Shown here one piece after another: positions 13,801 through 27,174 of a stretch of 64,000 nucleotides of DNA. This stretch comes from the human T2T-CHM13v2.0 reference genome, Homo sapiens. A program made the translations under genes and the position numbers. The stretch's first letter is position 1. Each line of letters opens with the position of its first letter. The stretch lies in assembly GCF_009914755.1 (NCBI RefSeq), contig NC_060931.1, one strand, 5' to 3'. Under the pieces are notes generated by a model, which was given only the letters and a program-made list of their open reading frames with translations, ran no database searches and had not been told where the DNA came from.

Positions 13801-16800
13801 TCGAATGGAATCGAATGGAATCATCCAATGGAATCAAATGGAATCACAATTGAATGCACTCACATGGAATCATCATCGAATAAAATCGAAAGGAATCGTC
13901 GAATGGACTCGAATGGAATCAAAAGGAATCATTGAATGGAATCTAATGGAATCATCATCAAATGTAATCAAAAGGAATCATCGAATGGAATCGAATGGAA
14001 TCATAATAGAATGGATTTGAATAGAATCATTGAATGAAATCAAATGGAATCAACATCAAATGGAATCGAAAGGAATCATAGTATGATATCGAATGGAATC
14101 ATCATCGAACGGAAAGGAATGGAATCATCATAGAATGGAATCAAAAGCAATCATTTAATGGACTCTAATAGAATCACTGAATGGACTTAAATGGAATCAT
14201 CATTGAATGGATTAGAATGGAATCATCTAATGGACCCGAGTGGAATCACCATCGAATGGAATAGAATGCCGTCATCATCAAATGGAATCAAATGGAATCA
14301 TCTAATGGACCCGAATAGAATCATCTTTGAATGGAATAGAATGGAATCATCATCGAATGGAAGCGAATTGAATCATCTAATGGACCCGAATGGAATCATC
14401 ATCGAATTGAATAGAATGGAATCATCATCGAATGGAATTGAATGCAATCATGTAATGGACATGAATAGAATCATCATCGAATGGAATCAAATGGAATTAT
14501 CTAATGCCCCCGAATGGAATCATCATCGAATGGGATAGAATGGAATCATCAAATGGAATTCAGTTGAATCTTCATCGTATGGGAATGAGTGCAATCATCG
14601 AATGGACTCGAATGGAAACATCATTGAATGGAATCATCTAATGGATCCAAATGGAATCATCATCAGGTGGAATTGAATGGAATCATCTAATGGACTCATA
14701 TGGAATCATCATCGAGTGGAATCGAATGGAATCATTGAATGGATTCTAATGGAATCATCACCAAATGGAATGGAATGGAATCATCAAACAGATTAGAATG
14801 GAATCATCATTGAATGAAATCGAATGGAATCGTCAAATGGCATCAAATGGAATTATCATTGAATGGAATCGAATGGAATGATCTAATGGACTCGAATGGA
14901 ATCGACATTGAATGGAATCGAATGGAAACATCGAATGGACACGAATGGAATCGTCATCGAATGGAATCATCATCAAATGTAATGAAATACAATCATCATT
15001 GAATGGAATCAAATGGAATCATCGAATGGAATAGAATAGACTCATCTTCGAATGGAATCAAATAGAATGATCGAATGCAATCAAACGGAATCATCATTAA
15101 ATGGAAATGAATGGAATAATCATCGAATGGAAATGAATAGAATCAACATCAAATGGAATGGAATGGAATCATCGAATGGACACCAATGGAACCATCACTG
15201 AATGGAATTGAATGGAATATTCGAATGGACACAAATGGAATCATCATCAATTGCTATCGAATTGAATCATGATCGAATGGAATCGAATGGAATCAACATC
15301 AAATGGAATCGAATGGAATCCTCGAATGCAATAAAATTGAATTATCACCGAATGGAATTGAATAGAATCATCAAATGAAATGGAATTGAATCATCGTTGA
15401 ATGGAATCGAATGAAATCATCATCGAATGGAATGGAATGGAATCATCATCGAATGGAAACGAATGGAATCATCAACGAATGAAATCAAAAGGAATCATCA
15501 TTAAAAGGAGTCGAATGGAATCATCAATCAATGGAAACAAATGGAATCATCGAATGGAATAAAATGTAATCATCATCGAATTGAACCCAATGGAATCATT
15601 AAATGGACTCGAATGGAATCATCGATTTAACTCAAATGGAATCATCCTGGAATGGAATAGAATGGAATCATCAAATGTAATTGAATAGAGTCATCATCGA
15701 ATGAAATAAAATGGAATCATCGAATGGACTCGAATGGAATCATCATCGAATGGAATTGAATAGAATCATCGAATGGACTCGAATGGAATCATCATTGAAT
15801 GGAATTGAATACAATCATCATCAAATGGAATCGAATAGAATCACCATCAAATGGAATCGAATGGTGTCATCGAATGGAATAGAAGGGAATCATCATAGAA
15901 TGGAATCAAATGGAATCATCGAATGAAATCAAATGGAATCATCATCGAATGGAATAGAAGGGAATCATCATAGAATGGAATCAAATGGAATCATCGAATG
16001 AAATCAAATGGAATCATCATCGAATGGAATCGAATGGAATCATCATCAAATGGAATCAAATGGAATCATCATCGAATGGAATTGGATGGAATCATCAATG
16101 GATGGAATCTAATAGAGTCACCAAATGGAATCTGTTGGAATCATCCTCGAATGGAATCGAATGGAATAATCAAATGGACTCGAATAGAATCATCATGGAA
16201 TGGAATCGTGTGGAATCATCTAATGGGCATGAGTAGAACAATCATCAAATGGAGTTGAATGGAATCATCTAATTTACTCGAAGGGAATCATTATTGAATG
16301 GAATAGAATGGAATCATCAAATGGAATCGAATGGAATCATCATCGTATGGAATTGAGAGGAATCATCATTTGGACTCGAACGTAATCATCAGAGAATGGA
16401 ATCAAATGGAATCATCAAAGGGATTCGAAAGGAATCATCATCGAATGGGATCAAATGGAATCTTCATCAAGTGTAATCAAAAGCAATCATCAAATGGATT
16501 CGAAAAGATTCATCGAATGGACTCGAATGGAATCATCATCGAATGGAATCAAATGGAATCATTGAATGGACACAAATGAAATCACCATCGAATGAAATCA
16601 CATGGAATCATCAAATGGACTCGAATGGAATCATAATCGAACGGAATCAAATGGAATCATCGAATTTACTCGAATGGAAACATCAAGTTGAATTGAAAGG
16701 AATCATCAAATGGACTTGAATTTAATCATTGCATGGACTCGAATGGTATCATCGAATGGACTCGAAAGGAATCATCATGGAATGAAATCTAATGGAATCA

Positions 16801-19800
16801 CCAACTGGACACGAATGGAATCATCTTTGATTAGAATTGAATGGAATCATCAAATGGACTCGAATGGAATATCATCGAATGGAATCAAAAGCATCATCGA
16901 ATGGACTCAAATGGAATTATGGAATGGACTCAAATGGAAACATCGAATGGACTTGAATGGAACCATCACCGAATGGAGTCAAATGGAATGATCAAATGGA
17001 CTCTAATGGAATCATGGATTGGACTCAAATACAATTATCGATTAGGCTCAAATGGAATCATCAAATGGACTCAAATGAAATCATTTTTGAATGGAATCAA
17101 ATGGAATCATCAAATGGAATCAAACGGAATCATCGAATGGAATCAATCAGAGTCATCATCGAATGGAATCAAATGGAATCATCAAATGGAATCGAATGCA
17201 GTCATTATCAAATAAACTCAAATAGAATCATCATTGAATGGAATCAAATGGAATCATCAAATGGCATCGAATGGAATCATCATCAAATGGAATCTAATGA
17301 AATAATCGAATGGACTCGAATGGAATCATTGAATGGAGTCAAATGGAATCATCATCGAATGAAATCAAATGGAATCATCGAATAGCATCGAATGGAATCA
17401 TCATCAAATGGAATTGAAAGGAATCATCATCAAATGGAATTGAAAGGAATCATCAAATGGACTTGAATGAAATCATTGAACGGATTCGAATGGAATCATC
17501 ATCGAATGGAATCAAACGAAATAATAGAATCAACACAAATGGTATCATCATCAAATGGAATCGAATGGAATCAATCAAAGGAATCGAATGGAATCATCAT
17601 TGAATGTTATCAGATGGAATCATCATCGAATGGAAATGAATGCAATCATCAACGAATGAAATCAAATGGAGAAATCGAATGCACTCGAATGGAATCATCG
17701 ATTGGCCTCAAATGGAATTATCGAATGGGCTCGAATGGAATCATCGAATGGACTTGAATGCAATCATTATAGAATGGAATCAAATGGAATCATCGAATGG
17801 AATCGAATCTAATCGTCGAATGGAATTGATCGGAATCATCGAATGGAATTGAATGCAATCATCACCAAATGGAAACGAATGGAATAATCATCAAATAGAA
17901 TCGAATGGAATCATCTAATGGAATCGAATGGAATCATTGTCTAATGGAATCAAAAGGAATCATAGAATGGAATCCAATGGAATCATCATCAAATGGAATC
18001 GATTGGAATCATTATCAAATACAATTGAAAGGAATCACTGAATGGAAACATCATCAAATGGATTCCAATGGAATCATCGAATTGACCCCAATGGAATCAT
18101 TGAATGGAAACGAATGGAATCGTCGTCAAATGGAATCGAATGGTATCATCAAATGCACTTGAATGGAATCATCAATAAATGTATTCGAATGGTATCATCA
18201 AGCGGAATCGAATTGAATCATCTTCGAGTGGAATCTAAAGGAATCGCCAAATGGACTCCAATGGAATAATCATCGAATGGAATCGAGTGGAATCACCGAA
18301 TGTACTCGAATGGAATCATCGAATGGAATCGAATATAATCATCATAGAATGGATTTGAATGGAATCATCGAATATACTCGAATGGAATAATCATCGAATG
18401 GAAAAGCATGGAATCATCAAATGGACACGAATGGAATCATCATCGAATGGAATGGAATGGAATCATCAAATGGAATCGAATGGTATCATCATTGAATGGA
18501 ATAAAATGGAATGATCAAATGGAATTGAATGGAATCATCAATGAATGGAATGGAAAGGTATCATGGAATGGAATTGAATGGAATCATCTTTGAGTGGAAT
18601 CTAAAGGTATCACCGAATGGACTCCAATCATAGGATGAAATCCATTGGGATAATCAAATTTAGTCGAATGGAATCATCATTGAATGGACTCGAATGCAAT
18701 CATCATCGAATGGAATCGAATGGAATCATCGAATGGAATCAAAAGGAATCATCAAATGGACTCGAATGAAATTATCATCGAATGGAATCAAATGGAATCA
18801 TCATGGGATGGAATCATCGAATGGACTCGAATGGAATCATCAAATGGTCTCGAATGGAATCATCATCGAATGAAATCGTATGAAATCATCAAATGCAACT
18901 GAATGGAATCATTGAATGGACTCGAATGGAATTATCATCGAATGGAATTGAATGGAATCATTGAAGGCACTAGAAAGGAATCATTGAATGGACTTGAAAG
19001 GAATCATCATCAAGTGGAATGAAATTGAATCATTGAATGGACTCGAAATGAATCTTTGAATGGACTCGAATGGAATCATCATTGAATCGAACCTAATGCA
19101 ATCATCGAATGGCCTGGAATGGAGTCCTCATCAAATGGAATAGAAAGGAGTCACCAAATGGACTCCAATGGAATCATCGATTGGCCTTGAATTGAATCAT
19201 CATCAAATGCAATCAAATGGAATCATCAAATGGACTCAAATGGAATCATTGAATGGACTCAAAAGGAATCGTCATCGAGTGGAATCAAGTGAAATCATCA
19301 AATGGACTCGAATGCAATCATCGAATGGCCTCGAATGGAATCATCACTGAATAGAATCGAATAGAATCATCAAATGGACTCGAATGGAATAATCATCAAA
19401 TGGAATTGAATAGAATCATCGAATGGAATCAAATGGAATCATCATCATATGAAATCGAAAGGAATAATCGAATGGACTGGAACGGAATCATTGAATGGAC
19501 TCAAATGGAATCGAATGGAATCATTTAATGGACCCGAATGGAATCATTTAATGGACCCGAATGGAATCATTATCTAATGGAATTGTATGTAATCATCAAA
19601 TGGACTCGAATGGAATCATCATCAAATGGAATAGAATGGAATCATTGAATGGAATCGCAGGAAATCATTGAATGACATCAAACGGAATCATTATTGATGA
19701 GAATCAAATGGAATCACCCAATGGACAAGAATGGAATCACTATCGAATGGAATCAAATGGAGTCATCGAATACAATCGAATGGAATCATCATCAAATGGA

Positions 19801-21530
19801 AGAGAATGTAAACATCATCGAATGGAATCGAAAGGAATCATTGAATGCACTCGAAAGGAAACATCGAATGGATTCGAAAGGAATCATTATCATGTGGAAT
19901 CGAATGGAATCATCGAATGGACTCGAATTGAATCTTTGAATGAACTCGAATGGAATCATCATCGAATGGAATCTAATGGAATCATTGAATGGACTCGAAT
20001 GGAGTCCTCATTGAATGGAATCGAATGGAATCATCTAGTGGACAGAAATCGAATCATCGAATGGACTCAAAAGGAATCATCATCGAGTGGAATCGAATGA
20101 AATCAAATGGACTCGAATGCAATCATCGAATGGCCTCGAATGGAATCATCACCAAATAGAATCGAATGAAATCATCAAATGGACACGAATGGAATCATCA
20201 TCGAATGGAATTGAATGGAATCATCAAACGGAATCAAATGGAATCATCATCAAATGGAATCAAAAGGAATAATCAAATGGACTTCAACGGAAACATCGAA
20301 TGGACCCTAACTGATTCATCATCGAACCGAATTGAATGGAATCCTTAAATGGACCCTAATGGAATCATCATCGAATGGAATTGAATGGAATCATTGTATG
20401 GACTCGAATGGAATCATCGTCAAATGGAACCAAAAAGAATCATGGAATGGAATCGAAAGGAATCATCATCGAATGGAATGGCATGAAATCATGGAACACA
20501 TACAAATTTAATCATTGAATGGACTCAAATGGAATCAACGTCGAGTGGAATCGAAAGGAAACATCGAATGGACTTGAATGGAATCATCGAATGGACTCGA
20601 ATGGAATAATCATTGAATGGAATCGAATGGAATCATTGAATGGACACGAATGGAATCATCATCGAATGGAATCAAGTGGAATCATCGAATGGAATCGAAT
20701 GGAGTCATCAATGAATGGAATTGAATGGAGTCATCGAATGGAGTCCGTTCGAATCATCATCGAATGGAATCGAATGCAGTCATCATCGAATGGAATCAGA
20801 TGGAATTATCGAATGGACTCGAATGGAATCATCATCGAAAGGAATCGAATGCAATCATCGAATAGACTTGAAAGCAATCAACGAATGGACATGAATGGAA
20901 CCATCATTGAATAGAATTAAAAGGAAACATCGAATGGAGTCGAAAGGTATTATCAGAGAGTGGAATCGAATAGAATCATCGAATGGACTCAAATGGAATC
21001 ATCATCGAATGGAATCTAATGGAAACATCTAATGGCATCACAGAGAAGCATCATCGAATGGAATCAAATGGAATCATTGAATGGCCTTGAATGGAATCAT
21101 CATCTTTGGAATCGAATGAAATCATTGAATGGAATTGAAAGGAATGATCATCGAATGATATCGAATGGAATCCTTGAATGTAATCAAATGGAATCATCAA
21201 ATGGAATTGAACAGAATTATCGAATGGAATTGAATGGAATCATCAAATGGAATCGAAGGCAATCATCATTGAATGGAATCAAAGGGAATCATCGAATGGA
21301 ATCGAAGGGAATCATTATCAAGTGGAATCGAGTGGAATCATCAAATGGAATCAAATGGAAACATTGTCGAATGGCATGGAATGGAATCAATGAATGGAAT
21401 TGAATGGAATCACCAAGGAATTGAATGGAATGGAATCATCATCGAATGGAATCAAATGAAATCATCGAATGCAGTCGAATGGAATCATTATCGAAAGGAA
21501 TCGTGTGAAATCATCTAATGGGCACGAATC
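7846..21530 (-). repeat. Divergent HSat2 (HSATII) satellite, GAATG strand on +
   Basis: Continuous GAATGGAATCATCATC / GAATGGACTC units; ends abruptly at about 21530. Confidence 0.92.
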
Positions 21531-21679
21531 GTGAACAAAATTAAAGAGTAGCTACACACGCACACACCCACACACAACTGCAATATTGTCAGAAAAACAA
21601 TGTTCAGCGACACTAGAAATCACACCTGTGTTTTCTCCACAGAAAAGATTGAAAATCACAATAATATTTATGGTACATA

Positions 21680-22610
21680 TGGAGTTAAAGATACTCAAAA
21701 TATTACCCTAAAATACATTGTTTTTTGAGATGGAGTTTTTCTTTTATTGCGCAGGCTAGAGTACAATGGCACAATCTTGGCTTACTGCAACCTCAGCCCC
21801 CCAGGGTCAAGTAATTCTCCTAGCTCAGCCTCCCAAGTTGCTGAGATTACAGTCATGCACCAACACACTCAGCTAATTTTTTGTATTTAGTAGAGATGGG
21901 GTTTCACCATGTTGGTCAGGCTGGTCTCCAACTCTTGACTTCAGGTGATCTACCCAATTCAGCCACCCAAAGTGTTGGGATTAGAGGCGTGCGCCTGGCC
22001 AGCTTTTTGACATACTTCAAGATGGCTACTCAGAAGACTGGAGATAACTTCTTCTACAAGAATAGGTGAAAAGCTGTGTTTGTTAGAGATTTGCATTTGT
22101 AGAGAAAATCTGCATTGATATAGACAGGCTTTCCCTGAGATACTCCCTTGTCTGGGTTTAGGAAAGATTAACTGAACCTGGCACGTTTACATTTCTAAAC
22201 ACCATTTCCTATCTATACTTCCCAAGAGGAGGGCTGCTCCCTGTGAGGTTTCATCCATGTAACAAGACCACCTCTGCTGCCAGGCTCCTCTTTCTTCCTT
22301 GTCGTCACCTGTCTCCCACAAAGCCTGATTTACCAACCTACAGCTCTGTGTTTTTTGTAACATCAAGAAAGCAGAGGCGTTTTGACTAACTTGCCTTTCC
22401 TGGGATTTTTATATATATAGTATATATTTGTATATCTATTTATAATATACAAATGTTTGTATAGATATATTTATATATATTATGTAAACTCCAAGTGCAT
22501 ACTTGTGCACATATGTGTAAACCTTTTTTTCCTGTTAATTTGTACATTATCAGTTTGTTTTATAGACTCAAATAATTAAAGCTTCAAGGGAGAAATTTAA
22601 ACTTTCCTAT
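21680..22610 (+). mobile_element. MER34-family solo LTR interrupted by an Alu
   Basis: ACCCTAAAATACATTG..TTTGACATACTTCAAGATGGCTA start and TATAGACTCAAATAATTAAAGCTTCAAGGGAGAAATTTAAACTTTCCTATA end resemble the recalled MER34 consensus. Confidence 0.6.
21719..22000 (-). mobile_element. AluS (Sp/Sq-like)
   Basis: Antisense dimeric Alu from TTTTTTGAGATGGAGTTT to GCGCCTGGCC. Confidence 0.92.
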
Positions 22611-23981
22611 AGAGAAAAGACAAATATGTAGGTGACAAATAATATTAAGAGTGTAAGACGCTTTTTAAAGGTATATTTGCAATTTGTGTCAAAACATTTA
22701 AGTATACATTTGTTATTTTAACTATAAAATTTCAAATAATTTAAGGCAAATACATAGTATATGCAGAAAATTTAGCAATATATCTATGTAGCACCTTACT
22801 GTGCCTTACTGTAACCAGCCGTCTAATAAAAAGAATTAATTAAGGTAGCAGGTACTTTTCAAATAGCGCATTTTTTTTCACAGACCTATTAAGTAAGACA
22901 AATAACATTTAAACTTTATTTTTAAATTTGCAGAATAGTAGTTTTCAGCAGATGGTTTATTGTAGCAAATTCTATCTTCACATTGTGCTATGCTTTTATG
23001 AGTTTCAGCTGTTAACAGATCATATTTTACTGCTGAAACTATCATGTGTGATATAATTGCTCATTATGTGTCTTAAAACACAAGCAATATAATTATTTTC
23101 AACTTGGAGCAAATTAAAATCTTATCAGCATTTTAAAACTCTAGAGTCATCTTCTTCTGGTTAATTATTTTAAACTTGTATTTTTCTCTTTATGTTTTCA
23201 GTGAGTTGTCTTATCAAGGAGAAGAACTCAAGCTGATTATTCTTTTTTCTCTCTTCCATCCACCTCGCAGACGTGTTAATAATTTCATTTCTCAGAAAAT
23301 GTTCTTTCATATCCATCTTACAAGATGAGAGACCTTTTAACATCTTCCATTCGGATGTGATACCAGTAATGGAAAATATTCCAGCTTCATGAATATGGTG
23401 ATACAAATAGTTATCCGTCTATCCTCTATCAGTACCAAATGTTTACTTTACTCAGTGAATTACTCAGTTGACTGGTAATTTCTTCTGAAATCACTAATGA
23501 GATGATCAGAGGTCTGGCTGTTTCTATACCTCATATGACTCCCAGTGCAGACAATTGTTTTTATGGAGCACAGACAGTTGAAAGGGTTGACTTCCTGCCT
23601 AGAATAGTTTGTGCTGTGCTTCTTATCCTTCTTGTGGAGATTTCAGATTATCTGAATTGCTTTTCTATCTTAAGAAAAAACGCAACAATTCTTCCACCTG
23701 AGAGGAATGTAAACTGTAGTAAGTTAGCAGAACCAATACGTAAAGTTTTTACATTGTTTGTTGCAAAATGCAGCGCTGGTGTCTCCATCACTAAACTTTG
23801 CTATCCCTCATTGCCCTTTCTTTGACTGCAATAGGATACCTCTAGGCAAATCTGTATTCCCGAGACAGAGTGCCCTTTTGGTGAGCTATAAACACACTCA
23901 ATGGTAGGCTGGAATACTAGCTTTTATCTATGGCGAAATGGAATCATATCAGTGATTTTATTAAAAAGGAAATTTAACTCT

Positions 23982-24110
23982 TGCTACGGTTTGAATGCTT
24001 TCCCCTTCTAATCTCATGTTAAAATTTGATCCCCAATGTTGCAGGTGGGGCTCACTGGGAGGTGTTTCGTCATGGGGTTGGATCTTCATGAATGGATAAT
24101 ACCCTCCCTT
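23982..24110 (+). mobile_element. MST (MaLR) LTR 5' fragment
   Basis: TGCTACGGTTTGAATG..TCTCATGTTAAAATTTGATCCCCAATGTTGCAGGTGGGG..GGGAGGTGTTT. Confidence 0.8.
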
Positions 24111-24990
24111 AGAAATCTAAAGCTATCCTCCATCCACGGTGCCCTCAGGAATGAGTGTACCATTCTTTATTCACCTATAATTCCCCCACCCATCCATTTT
24201 GAGATATTGATTACATGTATGTTACAATGCTGCATATTGTCTGACATATCAGTGAGTTTCTGGCTTTCTTATTTTAGTTTACTCTTTGTCCTTTAGTTTG
24301 TAAAGCTTCTATTTTGTTCTATAAATTTTCTGATGTTAGGGTAAAATCCATTGCTTATTCTATCTCATGGAAATTTTATTTCAAACATTCATTTTTCATC
24401 TATACATGTCACATTTTTCATTTTATAACTTCTATTTTTCTATGTTCATTTTTCATTTAAGTACCTTGACATACATATGTATTTATCTATATGTATTTAT
24501 GAAATATATTTACTTTAAGGACCTAGAAATTTCCTTCTTTTCTGTCATTTATAAATGACTTATTTTTATCCGTTAATATATATCTTAATTATATATATCT
24601 TACGGCTTCTTTGCATGTCAGAGTTTTTTTTTGGGTATGTTGATGTTATGCTATTGAATATCTAGATTTTATTGGCTACCTTTGAACAACGTTGTGGCAG
24701 GCAGTTCAGTAACTTCAGGATGAGTATTTGTCTGTTGTTTTAAATCTTCTCTTTAAACTTTGTGGAGTTAGTCTAGAGCCATCTGTAATTTGGAGCTAAA
24801 TGAGCACTGTCACTAGGGCATGAACCTCCAGTGGTCATTACTGAATATCCTGGAGATACAGAGGGGATTGCCTTCTCTGATTAGAATTTGGAATATAAAG
24901 AGAAAAGAGAAAAATAGAAAGCTATGCATAAACACGTGCATTAAAATGAATTTTATGTGGGCTTTTTCATGAAAATGTTCCTAAGGTAAT

Positions 24991-25220
24991 TTATTTTTTT
25001 ATTGTGGTAAAATACACACAACATAAAATGTACTCTGTTAACCATTTTAAGTGTACAGTTCAGTTGTACTAAATATAGTCATAACATTGTGCAGCCCTCC
25101 CTACCATCCATCTCCATAATTCGTTTCATCTTGTAAAACTGAAACTCTATACCCATTAAACAATACTTCCCCAATTCTTCCTCCCCACAGCTTCTGACAA
25201 CCATCATTGTACCATCTCTA
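24991..25220 (-). mobile_element. L1MB 3'-end fragment
   Basis: ATTGTGGTAAAATACAC..AACCATTTTAAGTGTACAGTTCAG..AACTGAAACTCTATACCCATTAAACAAT. Confidence 0.8.
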
Positions 25221-26839
25221 TAATGCTAATCAAGCATAGTGGCTGTGTTTCTTTCTTCCTCTAGTCCGCAGGTAGCATACAAATGTAATAAACTACTTAT
25301 TCATGTCACATCTATTTATTTTCTGCCTTATACCAAGCTCGTGGGATTCTCTTAAATACAACATTTTTCTACTTACACCTATGCAATACCCATTAGCATC
25401 GCCTTCCTAACTCAGGGGAAATTGAGCCTCTGTAAAGTGGAGTAACTTCCTAAGATATAAAACTCAGCATTGAAGTCTGTATACTTCAATATCTTGCCCT
25501 CTTCTGATTTGTCTTTACTGCCTTTTATGGATATGTTAGATGTTCAATAAATTCTCTTTTTAAACTGAATTTAAGCAGTGGAGCAGTGTTTTGTTGAACA
25601 ATAAATATGATATAGGACACTCTTCCTCCCTTTCATTTATGATCCTGTTCATGAAAAAGAGAAATTCTTTCATTGTGGTAGAAGCTTAAAATAATGAAAA
25701 TGTCACTTTCTACATTAAACAGAAACTGAAGGGAGTCAAGGTGAATTGCATGAGACATAGAAAACAAGTGAGAAAGAAATGTAGTATAATTTGTCCTTTG
25801 TGTACCTTTATTATTTAGTGTTTGAGTAAATGATTCCCCCAAATATCTTCCCATCTTAATTCATGTCTATAAAGTAGACATTTATGTCTCACCTTGTCAA
25901 GAAGGGCAAACTCTAACATAAACATTTCCCAAAAATGCTTCCTGCGAAAACGTAAGCTCAGTCTAACTAGAAATGCAGCTCTCTTCATAAAGATTAATTC
26001 GTAGCTAATTTTGCATGCTGTTCTCTGAACTTGAGTGAAACCTTTCCATCAGGCATACAGGGAATGACAGAAAAGGTGACAACAGAAGATGAATGCTATG
26101 TCACTAACCTTCAAAGACGACCTGCCTTTTCTTTCAAATTCTTGATATCTTAAGACTTCATTAATTCATCTCTCTTTGCCCTTGGTTCAACATTGTGCTA
26201 TACCAAAACTCATGTGAAACAATGATCTAATGTAATGAAAATGGCATTTTTCTTTCATGTAGTTGCAAGCTATCTGGCATTTTTACAATCCACATATTTC
26301 CTTTGTCAGTTTTTCATTCTGTATTGGAAGTAATTGACAGGTATTTCTGAAGGGATGAAGGTGTTTCTGTGTTCATTGTGATACAAATTATTTTTAGACC
26401 TAGGGGCGTTTGGAAAACAATTTGTGCCAGCTCTCCAAGGATCACTGTGGCAGAAAGCAGCAAACTTGCATAAGATGGCACTGCCTCATAAGTTGACTTT
26501 GAAAACTAGGGGTTTACTCTATAGTCTTATGAATCAAAGACATTGATAGATGTAGTATAAGATTACAATCATACTTTCCTTTTGACAGTCACATTATAAA
26601 GCATGATGTATTGCAATTAATCTCAATTAGCTGATCACAATTAAAATTAATAATGTTTATTATTGCTGATAAACAATCATGACTCTCCTGTTCTCAAATG
26701 TGCAAGGAATTCTTGCAATTTTAATACAAATTTGCATATTATTATTAATTGATTTAATCTCATTGGATTTGGTTCATGGATCCAATTTATTAAAATATTG
26801 ATAATGAGATAATGATATGTCTCCCCATTTCATGTACAC

Positions 26840-27160
26840 TAAAAACAATTCTTACAATGGTCTGCAAGCCCATCATGATCTGCCGCATGCTAACCACCAA
26901 AATTCTTTTATATCTTCACCCTTGATCTTACCAGTGGTCCTGGCCACCTCACTGTCCTCTGGACATGCCAACATGCTGCTGCCTTATGAGCAAGACTCTA
27001 GTTAATTTCTTGGCTTGGAAAGATAGCCCTCCATATATCCATTCATCAGCTCATTCAACTTCCTCAAGTCTTTACTGAAACTTCACATTCTGGATGAGGC
27101 CTATTCAGTATTTCAAACTGCCTCCCAGCTGCAATATTCCAAAACCCCTTACTCTTCTGT
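26840..27160 (+). mobile_element. L2 fragment
   Basis: CTTACAATGGTCTGCAAGCCCATCATGATCTGCC and downstream L2 3'-region motifs. Confidence 0.55.
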
Positions 27161-27174
27161 GTATTTTTGAAAGG

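Noticed and set aside
187-21518. More than 80 ORFs rich in MESSNGIEWNH
   Set aside because: These are translations of the HSat2 repeat in overlapping frames, with no coding signal.
1-21530. CRISPR-like repeat/spacer appearance
   Set aside because: The units are degenerate tandem satellite with no unique spacers, and no cas genes are present in this primate DNA.
23170-23825. Two short ORFs in apparently non-repeat sequence
   Set aside because: No recognisable homology or splice structure.
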